DNA of 64,000 bases, from IMG/VR virus record IMGVR_UViG_3300032007_000014; one strand, given 5' to 3'. This DNA comes from a virus. Its lineage: Duplodnaviria; Caudoviricetes. The notes below the pieces were generated by a model. It saw only the letters and a list, made by a program, of their open reading frames with translations, had not been told where the DNA came from and searched no databases. The stretch's first letter is position 1; each line of letters starts with the position of its first letter. Shown piece after piece: positions 1 to 9,106 of the stretch. Position numbers and translations under genes: made by a program.

Positions 1-31
1 AGGGAACTATGCTATCATAGCATAGTTCCCT
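1..31. promoter_or_regulatory. Palindromic leader element (15-bp arms, CTAT-C-ATAG core) upstream of the tail-collar gene
   Basis: AGGGAACTATGCTAT-C-ATAGCATAGTTCCCT is a perfect inverted repeat ending 32 nt before the ATG at 64. It has the same core as the elements at 58403, 59180 and 60748. Confidence 0.55.
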
Positions 32-63
32 ATTCAAAATCAACTCTTAAGGAGGGATAAATC

Positions 64-588
64 ATGGCATTCAATAAAAAATCTCTTCCTATTGATCTAC
101 CAACAGGAGGGAATGTACCTATCGGTACGATCATATTTTTCACCAACACAGCAACCATGCTCTCTAATTTGCAGATCAAGAATTGGCTTGTAGCAAATGG
201 CGCATCGATCAAGAAAGCAACATATCCAGATCTGTTCACCGTGATCGGATACATCTATGGAGGAAGTGGAGATAACTTCAATCTTCCTAAACTCACGGAT
301 GCAAGATACATCCGAGGTGGAACCTCTATCACGACTGCTATCGCAGCAAGTCTTCCGAATATCAAAGGACATGCTGGATGGTTCAATGTCTGGAGATCTT
401 GGAATACCGCTAATCTTGGTGGTGCATTCTACAACACCACTATTCGTGGTAGATCTGGAGAAGAACATGCTGGAAGTGACCACGAAAGAGATCTTCAGTT
501 TGACGCATCGAAATCCAACTCCATCTATGGAGGGACAACTGTTACTCCATTGAGTATCCAGTTGGTTCCTCTCATTCGAGCATGGTGA
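64..588 (+). CDS. Phage tail collar domain / tail fibre tip protein
   Basis: PIGTIIFF...WLVANGASIKKATYPDLFTVIG..YGG...FNLP matches the tail collar pattern; the C-terminal LPNIKG...FDASKSNSIYG motif is typical; SD AAGGAGG. Confidence 0.85.
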   Translation: MAFNKKSLPIDLPTGGNVPIGTIIFFTNTATMLSNLQIKNWLVANGASIKKATYPDLFTVIGYIYGGSGDNFNLPKLTDARYIRGGTSITTAIAASLPNIKGHAGWFNVWRSWNTANLGGAFYNTTIRGRSGEEHAGSDHERDLQFDASKSNSIYGGTTVTPLSIQLVPLIRAW

Positions 589-625
589 TATCACAACAAC
601 CAACCCAATAACAAGGAGCACATAC

Positions 626-1348
626 ATGCGTATCAAAAATGTCTACAGTTATGATCCAGAAACATTCGAGTATCGTGGAATGATACCAACACAACTGGAT
701 CCTCGTGAATCCGAATTGCAACAGAGAGACATCTGGCTTATACCTCCGAACACAACAGAAGTTCCGCCAGATCTCAAGTCCCTCAAAGAAGGATGTGTCT
801 TCATCTTCGTACCATCCAAGAACAACTGGATCTCTATGGAAGACCATCGTGGTGTGGACGTGTATAATGCACTCACCCATGAGTTCACCAAGATCAAAGA
901 TCTTGGTCCTATTGAAGAACCTATCTTCGAAACAGACAAGCTTCCATATCCAAGAGATCTCATCATAGTTCTGGATTGGAAAGATGGGAAGTTTGTGGTG
1001 GATTCTCAGAGAGACATGATTGTTGATTTCATTAATCAGAACCACAAGACTCAGAGAGACATCAAACTCCAGGAAGACATCAAAGATGACAACGGTGTCT
1101 CTTTCAAGACAGATCTTTACTCTTGTTCTGATTACGAACGAGTGATCTCTCTTGATCTGTCTATCGACAACTGGATCTCCTCTGATGGAACCATCGTTCA
1201 CATGGACAAAAACAAAGCAAAAGAGATCCTTCAGAAAATCCAGACACGTAAAGCAACCTTGGTTGCTGATTGCGTAGCTGTGATTGAAAGAACCAAGGGT
1301 TACACAAGTGATCAACTCATCCATGAGTTGGAGATTATTATTCGATAA
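626..1348 (+). CDS. Tail fibre assembly chaperone
   Basis: VYSYDPETFEY...WLIPPNTTEVPP...W..MEDHRG..VY...DLGPI pattern of tail fibre assembly proteins; follows the collar gene; SD AAGGAG. Confidence 0.75.
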   Translation: MRIKNVYSYDPETFEYRGMIPTQLDPRESELQQRDIWLIPPNTTEVPPDLKSLKEGCVFIFVPSKNNWISMEDHRGVDVYNALTHEFTKIKDLGPIEEPIFETDKLPYPRDLIIVLDWKDGKFVVDSQRDMIVDFINQNHKTQRDIKLQEDIKDDNGVSFKTDLYSCSDYERVISLDLSIDNWISSDGTIVHMDKNKAKEILQKIQTRKATLVADCVAVIERTKGYTSDQLIHELEIIIR

Positions 1349-1360
1349 CGTTATAAAGAT

Positions 1361-1393
1361 ACTCTCAGATGGGAACAAGTCCCATCTGAGAGT
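1361..1393. terminator. Intergenic hairpin between convergent genes (likely bidirectional terminator)
   Basis: ACTCTCAGATGGGA-ACAAG-TCCCATCTGAGAGT. Confidence 0.65.
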
Positions 1394-1486
1394 TCTTCAT
1401 TTTATGCAATTTTAGGTAAGGAAAATCCTTGACTTTGTTATCACAACTCAGCGTATTTGGATCATCCTGATACCTTCAGTTGATGC

Positions 1487-2269
1487 TTATTCTTCTTGAT
1501 CAGAAGCAGCCTGATAATCGAACACATGTTCGATAGTGGACTGCTGGATACAACGTGTGGTTGTACCATCAAAGAAGAATGTGAACAGATGAGTTGGATA
1601 TCCAACTCTTGCGTCATCACCAAGAATCACTTCCATGTTCTCAATGAAGAAGCTGAATTCGTGGACATTCTCATTGTCACTTGCAACAGTGCATTCCCAC
1701 ATGACCAATGGTCTGGATGCAGAAAGAACAGGTGCGTTCACTTTGATGTTTCCGTCATCATCTTCACTGAACACAGTTCTGAACTTACTTCCTATTGCAG
1801 GGAATGTCAGACTCTTTGCATCTTCATTGGATTCAGTTGGATCTGCAACTGGAGCAAGTGTTTCATACGACAACGGACCGAACGCAACACCACTCGCAAG
1901 ATCAGTAAGTTTCTGTTCCAGAACAGCAATCTTGGTAAGGAAGTCAGCTTTGTTGACTTTATTACCAACCTTCCTCTCAACATAGCTTGCAGATACAGAT
2001 CCTTTGTTCTCGTGAGCAACGGTCACACCTGTGGTAGATGAGATTGTCTTGCTCAGAGCATCGAGAAGATCCGACTGAAGGACAAGCTTAGGAAGAGAAC
2101 TTAGTGCAACACCAAGTGCATTGAGGACACCCACAGTGAGTTCGTGAGGAGTACCAGTTGAGATCTGATACTTGTATACTGTTGATCCACTGGATGTGTC
2201 AGCAAAGAGATATGCGTGTCCTGAAGGGATCTCAAGTGATGTGGAATCAATTACCACGACTGCAGACAT
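1487..2269 (-). CDS. Putative virion fibre/decoration protein
   Basis: 260 aa; the N-terminal ~110 aa align with the N-terminus of 2359..3381; SD GAGG. Confidence 0.55.
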   Translation of the reverse strand: MSAVVVIDSTSLEIPSGHAYLFADTSSGSTVYKYQISTGTPHELTVGVLNALGVALSSLPKLVLQSDLLDALSKTISSTTGVTVAHENKGSVSASYVERKVGNKVNKADFLTKIAVLEQKLTDLASGVAFGPLSYETLAPVADPTESNEDAKSLTFPAIGSKFRTVFSEDDDGNIKVNAPVLSASRPLVMWECTVASDNENVHEFSFFIENMEVILGDDARVGYPTHLFTFFFDGTTTRCIQQSTIEHVFDYQAASDQEE

Positions 2270-2358
2270 GAGTTATCCTCCATGATAAATTTTTGAAGTA
2301 AAGAAAGGAAGGTGTGGTGTAGCCACCACACCTTCCTGTAGTGGACTCATATGATTGA

Positions 2359-3381
2359 TCAGAGAACGATCCAGTTAGTGTCGGCTTCGACGTATAGGAA
2401 CGTATAGTTCTCCACATCGATGGCGATACCATCGCCGTCAATACCGATGGCGCAGGGGTTGGACGATCCAAGGATCGTGTCGGAACTGCCGGAAGCCAGG
2501 ACAACCTGACGATCAGCGCCGCCAACAACTGTCGTGATGCGGATGACAGTGCCATCAGCCGGAGCATCGGGCAGAGTCAGCGTGCATTCGGTGCTGACGA
2601 TATAGTGGTTGTCGATGGCGAGATCGACGGCCTGCGGTGCGAGAGCCGTACCTTCATCGACATAGACGATCGCGTCGATGTTTTTCTTCTTGGCCAGCTC
2701 AGCGTCCACATAGGACTTCATGTAGCCGGAAGTGCCCAGCTGTTCCCACTTCGTGCCGTTCCATGCGAATTCCGCATCGATGGTCTCGTCATTGGTGGAA
2801 TCATTCTTGGTCACGAACCAGACATCGCCGACCACAGGTGCCGGATCATCCGTTGATGCGGGCAGATCAGCAACGTAGGTCTTGATGCCTTTGTAACGGA
2901 ACACCTGCGAAATCGCAGATGAAATAGCGGATTGAACTTCCGAATATTCGGGATATGCCGCGAGTTTGCTGATTTCGGAATCGCTCACCAAACTCTTGTT
3001 GGTGACTTTGTCAACTTTGGCGGTATCCAAAGAAGCCAGAGCATCAGCAGTAGCTTGCTTTTCAGCAAGGAAGACTTTCTTGTCGACTTTGCGGTCGGCA
3101 AGGGTTTTGGCGTAGGCAGAGGAAGCCTTTGCACCAATGGCGATGGAAACGCCGTCAACGCTTGCGACAGATTTGGAAACAGCAGCGGTGACGTCCTCTT
3201 CAAATGCCAGAGCGGGAAGTTCGGCTGCGGCGATGCCAAGAACTTTCAGAACAGATGCGGCGATCTCGGTCGAAGAGCCGGAATGATCTTTCGAATAGAA
3301 CTTGGAGTCATCGGTGTAAATCAGAACGAGGTTTGCAGCCGGCGTGTACTCCGAAGGAGTAACAGAAATAAGAGATGACAT
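2359..3381 (-). CDS. Putative abundant virion fibre/decoration protein
   Basis: 340 aa; AKVDKVTNKSL, FRYKG...VGDVW...WNGTKWEQLG and TLPDAPADG modules are common in phage fibres; GC-rich codon bias; SD GGAGG. Confidence 0.65.
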   Translation of the reverse strand: MSSLISVTPSEYTPAANLVLIYTDDSKFYSKDHSGSSTEIAASVLKVLGIAAAELPALAFEEDVTAAVSKSVASVDGVSIAIGAKASSAYAKTLADRKVDKKVFLAEKQATADALASLDTAKVDKVTNKSLVSDSEISKLAAYPEYSEVQSAISSAISQVFRYKGIKTYVADLPASTDDPAPVVGDVWFVTKNDSTNDETIDAEFAWNGTKWEQLGTSGYMKSYVDAELAKKKNIDAIVYVDEGTALAPQAVDLAIDNHYIVSTECTLTLPDAPADGTVIRITTVVGGADRQVVLASGSSDTILGSSNPCAIGIDGDGIAIDVENYTFLYVEADTNWIVL

Positions 3382-3406
3382 GAATCCTCCATTTTGGATG
3401 CACTAA

Positions 3407-5200
3407 TTAAAGCACAATCCAGTTGCTTGCAACGCTGTCGTAGACCAGTGTATAAACAGCGTTATTAACGATGATGCCATCTGGAGTAGTTCCGACTTCA
3501 AGAGGCAGATTACTTCCATCGATGGTAGCGGGCGCAGGTGCGAGCACCTGCATGTTAGATGAACCAGTCGAAACATTCAGCTGAATCAACTGACCATCCG
3601 TAGGATCGGCAGGCAATGATGCCGTGAACGGAGCTGAAGCAATGTAGCGCTTGTCAGCTCTCAATGTGAGAACTTCAGGTGTTTGTGCAGTACCACTTCG
3701 GATGAAGATAACTGTCTGAACATCTGTTCTCAATTGAGCGATCATTCCTGTCAGGGATTGAAGTTCAGTATTGAGATCGTGCACTTGTACATGATCCCAA
3801 TGGTGTGCTTGTATCTCTGCTTCGATCTCCGAGTTCAAACCACCCCAAGAGGTGGGAACTTGGTTGCGGATCGCATCGGAACATCCTGCAAAACACTGGG
3901 ATGTGTTCGTCCACGCAATCCTGGTATTCTCCCATAGCTTGGAAGCTGGGACTGTACCAGTCAACCCTTTACAGTTGGTGAACGCATGATCCATGCTGAT
4001 CGAGTGACCAACAAATCCCTGAGTCGGGATCAGTTTTGCAACGTCTCTCACCAGATTTGCACACCAAGCAAAGACGTAATAATTGGATCCGTCCTTTGTC
4101 ATGCCTGGAATGATAAAGTCTGTGGTTGTGAGAGCAGCGCATTCTGCAAAGAATGCTGTGGTCGTACGGCATGCATTCGAGATGTTCTTAACTCCCGTGA
4201 CTTGTACAAGGTTCGTGTCACCCAAGAAAAAGGATGACAGATTGAACGCGTTCGTGAGAACGCATTCGGATGCCGTAACCTTGAGAAGTCGAAGAGCAAG
4301 AGCTGCGAATGAAGCATGATTGGTCACATGACTGGAGATTGGGAGATCTTCCTCGATACATCTTGACATAAGGTTATACGTCAAGTTGTCTCTGCTACTT
4401 TCCCATTCAGTTGTGAATCCAAAGTACTTTGTACCGTAGATCTTGACGATGTACCGATCCGATACCTCATAAGTATGCTCAAGTTTGTAGACATATTCCG
4501 TGTCATCCAACTTGGCACAACTTGATGGAAGCTCAGATACAATAGTAACGGATCCGTCACCCCAGTCGATGATGAGATCTGACTCATCAATCGGAGTGCA
4601 GGATCTTAACAACGTTCGATGTGTCATCTGTGCTGGAACTGCAATCCTGTATTTGAATCCAGTGACAGGATCAGTATCACCCGCAGCGATAGCTGTGTCA
4701 TTCGGGAAGACTTCAAACGCGGTGTAGTCTTTCCCATATGCACGAATCGCTTCGTTGAATGCGGTGATGTCTAGCTTGGCAGCTTCCGCAGCGAGAGCAC
4801 GCTCTCGTTCAACGCGGATCAGTTCAAGCACATCCACTGTCAACGCATATCCAGACAGATCAACGTGTGTCCCTAAGAACTCCCACTCATCTCCATTCCA
4901 TGCATACTCGGCATTTTCATTACCGAGATCATCTTCTCTCACTGTGTAGGTGTGCCCCACAACAAGATTGGTCGAAGGAAGATCTTGCATGGATTCAACC
5001 ACACCCATCCACTTGAACACGGATGAGATCATGCGGTTGATCTGAGATTGATTGTAGTAGTAGTCAGGGTTGACCATTATTGACCCATCGGCAGCGTTGA
5101 TCAGTGTCGTTCCATCAACGGGTGGAACGATCTTCGAAGCAAGCATCACCTCATCTAAGGTGTAGTTGCTCGAAGTAAAGCTGTCGTACATTATGAGCAT
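3407..5200 (-). CDS. Virion fibre protein with inserted PKD-like and BspA-like leucine-rich repeat region
   Basis: Shares the FKWMG...WNGDEWEFLG module and the C-terminal ...NWIVL domain with 2359..3381; centre has IDWGDGS...HTY (PKD-like) and F..C..L repeats. Confidence 0.6.
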   Translation of the reverse strand: MLIMYDSFTSSNYTLDEVMLASKIVPPVDGTTLINAADGSIMVNPDYYYNQSQINRMISSVFKWMGVVESMQDLPSTNLVVGHTYTVREDDLGNENAEYAWNGDEWEFLGTHVDLSGYALTVDVLELIRVERERALAAEAAKLDITAFNEAIRAYGKDYTAFEVFPNDTAIAAGDTDPVTGFKYRIAVPAQMTHRTLLRSCTPIDESDLIIDWGDGSVTIVSELPSSCAKLDDTEYVYKLEHTYEVSDRYIVKIYGTKYFGFTTEWESSRDNLTYNLMSRCIEEDLPISSHVTNHASFAALALRLLKVTASECVLTNAFNLSSFFLGDTNLVQVTGVKNISNACRTTTAFFAECAALTTTDFIIPGMTKDGSNYYVFAWCANLVRDVAKLIPTQGFVGHSISMDHAFTNCKGLTGTVPASKLWENTRIAWTNTSQCFAGCSDAIRNQVPTSWGGLNSEIEAEIQAHHWDHVQVHDLNTELQSLTGMIAQLRTDVQTVIFIRSGTAQTPEVLTLRADKRYIASAPFTASLPADPTDGQLIQLNVSTGSSNMQVLAPAPATIDGSNLPLEVGTTPDGIIVNNAVYTLVYDSVASNWIVL

Positions 5201-5315
5201 AAATGTACCCTCACGTATATAAGGTTAAAACCTAAAAATTTTCAAGTGCTATAAAATGGATGACGGTAGAAGGAGAAAAGAGAGGATAAGAGCCACACAA
5301 AGTGGCTCTTATCCT

Positions 5316-5675
5316 TTAGAAGTCATCAACTGTGTCGCTGCTAAAATGAACGCACGACTCGTGTATCATCCCGTGATACTCGATCGTAAATTTGATCCCA
5401 AGGCATCTCTGAGGGATGCACTCTGTGAAGCATTCATTGGGGTCAATTGTAGCTTCATATGCCATGTTGTATCTGGCTAAAGCTTTCTTGATCAATTTCA
5501 CAGACAGTTCAATGATCTTGTTTCGATCATCGAGTGAGATGTACTGATTACGATAAGGAAGTTCGACCTGCTGATCTAACTCAAAGTCAGCTTCTCCCAT
5601 CGCCATGTTGAAATGGCACCATTCTCTCACTCTCTTACGAAACTTCAAGTACTTATCCAACAGATTCCGAAACAT
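5316..5675 (-). CDS. Hypothetical protein
   Basis: 119-aa ORF with SD AAGGAG, followed by a hairpin near 5287-5312. Confidence 0.65.
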   Translation of the reverse strand: MFRNLLDKYLKFRKRVREWCHFNMAMGEADFELDQQVELPYRNQYISLDDRNKIIELSVKLIKKALARYNMAYEATIDPNECFTECIPQRCLGIKFTIEYHGMIHESCVHFSSDTVDDF

Positions 5676-5733
5676 GCGAGTCTCCTTTTCTTTGTTGGAC
5701 GTGTTCTGGTATAGAATGGATCGACTAGATGTG

Positions 5734-6285
5734 TCACTGTTTTAAGACTTTGATGTTGTCTTTGATGAACTTGTTCACATCAATGTTGATGATCGTACAG
5801 ATGTTCTGATTGCTTTCGTTCATCAGTGCGATCGAAGGATACTGCTGTCCATTCATCTCAACATATCCTTCTGTATGATGATAAGGTCGATAGACCTTGA
5901 TGTCCATCTGCATCTTGGAGAAGATGTCTTCGATGTTTGTGAGAATATCTCCTGTGGGATCGATGTTGGTTCGAATGAACATGTTTGCATTCCCACAGAT
6001 GGGAGAGTTCATGTGTGAAAAATGCGGTGCTTTTGCAACGAACATTCCACTGTATCCGAAGAACAGTTCATTGCACTTGGTGCACATCATGAACACACCA
6101 ACGTATCCATTGTTCCCATACATACGCTGATAGATCTTTGGTTTGTCATCGATCAGATTATTGTGTTGGAAGATGATTGGTTTCATCCTCTTTCCACAAC
6201 AAGGACAAATGACATTGTAAGAACCATTGAGATTCTCTTCACCGTATACATTTGTTGTTTTCATTTTGAACTGGTCTCCCATCAA
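5734..6285 (-). CDS. Hypothetical zinc-ribbon protein
   Basis: CPCC...CTKC pairs; start uncertain (ATG at 6264 is an alternative). Confidence 0.55.
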   Translation of the reverse strand: MMGDQFKMKTTNVYGEENLNGSYNVICPCCGKRMKPIIFQHNNLIDDKPKIYQRMYGNNGYVGVFMMCTKCNELFFGYSGMFVAKAPHFSHMNSPICGNANMFIRTNIDPTGDILTNIEDIFSKMQMDIKVYRPYHHTEGYVEMNGQQYPSIALMNESNQNICTIINIDVNKFIKDNIKVLKQ

Positions 6286-6682
6286 CCTGATTGCAGATCT
6301 CTTTCAACTTGGTTGCATCTGCATTGTTGAAGTTCTTGAAGAGCTTGTCATTCTCTTTCATGTTGCGTTCGTTCATCGCACGTTCTCTCTGTCTCTGAAC
6401 GTTGCTCTCTTTTCTACTATCACAGTAGACACCAAAGAGTTTCTTACAATGTGTGCAGATGCACACTGCAAGTTTGAGATAAGCAACCATCGATTGTTCA
6501 AGGAAGAAGATTGCTGGAGTGAAGAATACACCTGATGAGGGATCATCGAACTTCTGTAGCACTTTGACATGCTCGTTAGAATGTTTCAATTCGAACTCTT
6601 TGCACAGAGGACATTTGTCAAATCCATTGTTGATGATTTGATCAAACTCCTTACAACTTACTTCAATGATATCCATAGACAC
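6239..6682 (-). CDS. Hypothetical zinc-ribbon protein
   Basis: CPLC...CTHC pairs; SD AAGGAG before a GTG start. Confidence 0.6.
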   Translation of the reverse strand: MSMDIIEVSCKEFDQIINNGFDKCPLCKEFELKHSNEHVKVLQKFDDPSSGVFFTPAIFFLEQSMVAYLKLAVCICTHCKKLFGVYCDSRKESNVQRQRERAMNERNMKENDKLFKNFNNADATKLKEICNQVDGRPVQNENNKCIR

Positions 6683-6898
6683 GTACTCCTTTCATTAGGT
6701 TGTATTAGATGTACTGTTTGTGTAATTCAATATCACAATTTCACCACTATGTTATGCGCAACAGAAGTGGGATGGCCAATAACCTGGTCTGTTGCCCAGG
6801 GAGGGCCCTTATAGATAGAGATTAATATAGAGATAAGATATAGATAATAAGAAATATATCTTAGATCTATAAGAACAATAAGAGAATAGAACAACAGA

Positions 6899-6934
6899 GA
6901 GATGATGGATGCACTATAGTGCATCCATCATCTC
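6899..6934. repeat. Perfect 36-bp palindrome inside an AT-rich, purine-skewed non-coding tract
   Basis: GAGATGATGGATGCACTA|TAGTGCATCCATCATCTC, no spacer. Confidence 0.9.
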
Positions 6935-7181
6935 CTTCAATAAGTAATGAATATGAATAAATGAAATAAGGAAATACCTAATAGATAAATGACTAATAGA
7001 ATGAATTGATTATAATCAATAAAAGAAGATAATGATGAAATAGAACAATAAGAACAAAAGAATAACCAATGCATAAAATGAACAACAAACAACAACATCA
7101 TAAACAAAAAAAGAAAAAGAAGAAAGAACAGTGATGACATCACCTATCCATTGGAGGATAGATGACATCATCACTGTTGGG

Positions 7182-7742
7182 TTAATTGTTTCCATTCCAC
7201 TGATTGGAAGCAAGTTCCATCAGTTTAAGGAAGTTCATTTCGTTGAAAATGTTCTTACGAAGTGCATAGGCATCAATGAAACGAATATCATCGATACCTT
7301 CGAACTCATCCGAAGACACCTCCTGGAACTTGGCTTTCATCTGATCGATCTTCTCCTGTGGGACACCATGGACATTACCATAGTTATTCCTCATGATAAT
7401 GATACGAACGATGCACTTGGTGCGACGAGCAATGCCAAAGTAATGCTTACGTTCCCACTTCGTGAGATTCGTATTCGTAACGATGACATTAACTCCGTTG
7501 GAGAGATCACACTCTGTGCTTTTCTGGCACTCTGCATGATACTCCGCGAGTTTCGAAGGATCGAACTTGTATTCCTTCGTTGTAGCATCGACGAAATACT
7601 CATCCGTTTCGCGAAGAACCGTGAGGTTCTCGTTACGACGATCTCTCCGTAGATCGAGGAACTCCTTGAGTTGATGTCCAAGTGTGGACTTCCCAGAGCC
7701 AGGCAATCCGATGATGAGACAGAGACAGGGTTTCTTTTTCAT
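7182..7742 (-). CDS. P-loop kinase (AAA_33 / polynucleotide-kinase-like)
   Basis: LIIGLPGSGKST Walker A, ETDEYF, VIVTNTN and RNNYGNVHGVP motifs; SD GGAGG before the ATG at 7742. Confidence 0.8.
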   Translation of the reverse strand: MKKKPCLCLIIGLPGSGKSTLGHQLKEFLDLRRDRRNENLTVLRETDEYFVDATTKEYKFDPSKLAEYHAECQKSTECDLSNGVNVIVTNTNLTKWERKHYFGIARRTKCIVRIIIMRNNYGNVHGVPQEKIDQMKAKFQEVSSDEFEGIDDIRFIDAYALRKNIFNEMNFLKLMELASNQWNGNN

Positions 7743-7782
7743 TTTATACCTCCATTGTTGGTTATTGTTTCTGTTCATCCGT

Positions 7783-7790
7783 GTAATATA
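7783..7790 (-). promoter_or_regulatory. phiKZ-type early promoter motif TATATTAC
   Basis: Exact match on the minus strand about 40 nt upstream of the 7742 start, with an upstream T-tract; the motif recurs before many minus-strand genes. Confidence 0.65.
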
Positions 7791-7860
7791 TGCTTGTTAT
7801 AAGTCGATTAACAAAAAAAATAACTACTACTCACTAGGTGTAGTGAGTAGTAGCTGTAGT

Positions 7861-8247
7861 TCATAGAAAACATGGACAGAATGGAAACACTGATTCTGTT
7901 TCAGCAAGATGAACATCGATACGGTGCCTCCGATCCATCGTGCGAACTCCGATCGTACGATATATCTCGTACGATATGAACCAATCTTCTTTGTTCTGTG
8001 GATCACGGACATTTACGACAAGTTTCATCTTATGACTGGGTTCCTTTGGTTCCCATTTGAATTTAACATCGAGTGGTATCAATGGACGATATTTGTTCCT
8101 TTCTTTGTAGTACTTGACAAAGTCAGAATGATATCTGTCGAGAATCTCTTTTGCTTTAGGATAACTTTCCACGGGACATACTTTCACCCAAGGATTATCC
8201 TTATTCCATTTGCAGTATTCTGTGATGACAATAACCCATCTTGACAT
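7861..8247 (-). CDS. Hypothetical protein
   Basis: 128-aa ORF, SD AAGGAG, hairpins on both sides. Confidence 0.65.
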   Translation of the reverse strand: MSRWVIVITEYCKWNKDNPWVKVCPVESYPKAKEILDRYHSDFVKYYKERNKYRPLIPLDVKFKWEPKEPSHKMKLVVNVRDPQNKEDWFISYEIYRTIGVRTMDRRHRIDVHLAETESVFPFCPCFL

Positions 8248-8332
8248 GTTAACTCCTTGTGTTGAGAATTTAAGTTAAGTTGTGAGAGAGATAGAGGAGG
8301 GATAGTTGTTCCCTCCTCTATCTCCTTGTTGT

Positions 8333-9097
8333 TCAGACATCAAGTCTTTCGCCTTGCTTTCCGTAATGGAACTTGTCGATCATCCCATCTTCAACGAAAT
8401 CTCTTACCATCTCTTCGACAGTAAGGATATCGATACCCTTGATGGTTGCTTTGTGCAGATCAAGTGCATTCTTGTATACCTTGCTGTAAGTGGGAGGTAA
8501 GAGATCCGTGTGTTCCACATACTTCTCTTGGATGTGCTGGAGAGCAGTGGATGCAACCACATGGATCAGGTGATCATTGAGATGTTCACCCGTGTGTTGA
8601 TGGATCGTGTGCGCGATGGCTTTCTCGAACAGCATGATCGTAGACAACCTGTGGGGAGAGCTACGATCTGCTGTTGCAAGATAATCCGAGTAAATGTTAC
8701 GCCAGGGTGTACCATACGCAACCTTACGAACATACTTCTTGGAGTCACGATGATCAATGATCGATGTGGTGATGTTCTCCACAGCTTCTGGTGACAGCAT
8801 CTTGTGGAGTTCACGTTCCACGATGTAGGAGGAGTAGATCTCATGATCTACTCTCCCCATGCTCATAAGAGCACTATCATGATACATACAAGCGACCACA
8901 AGTTGACGAACATCAAGATCTGGGTTCTCCAACTTGACAATATCCAGAGCAGTCTCGATCACATTGTGAATATGAGTATTCCAACCATGATCGAGATCGT
9001 TGAGTGGATAGTGCAATCTTGCAAGTGTTCCGATCTTCACAAGGACTTCGTCATCCTTGATCAGATCGTAGACAAGATCTTCCTTTTGGTTCAACAT
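8333..9097 (-). CDS. HD-domain phosphohydrolase
   Basis: H...H (DHGWNTH), MYHD, DHE..S, DHR and ADR residues in HD-superfamily order. Confidence 0.8.
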   Translation of the reverse strand: MLNQKEDLVYDLIKDDEVLVKIGTLARLHYPLNDLDHGWNTHIHNVIETALDIVKLENPDLDVRQLVVACMYHDSALMSMGRVDHEIYSSYIVERELHKMLSPEAVENITTSIIDHRDSKKYVRKVAYGTPWRNIYSDYLATADRSSPHRLSTIMLFEKAIAHTIHQHTGEHLNDHLIHVVASTALQHIQEKYVEHTDLLPPTYSKVYKNALDLHKATIKGIDILTVEEMVRDFVEDGMIDKFHYGKQGERLDV

Positions 9098-9106
9098 GAG
9101 ACTCCT

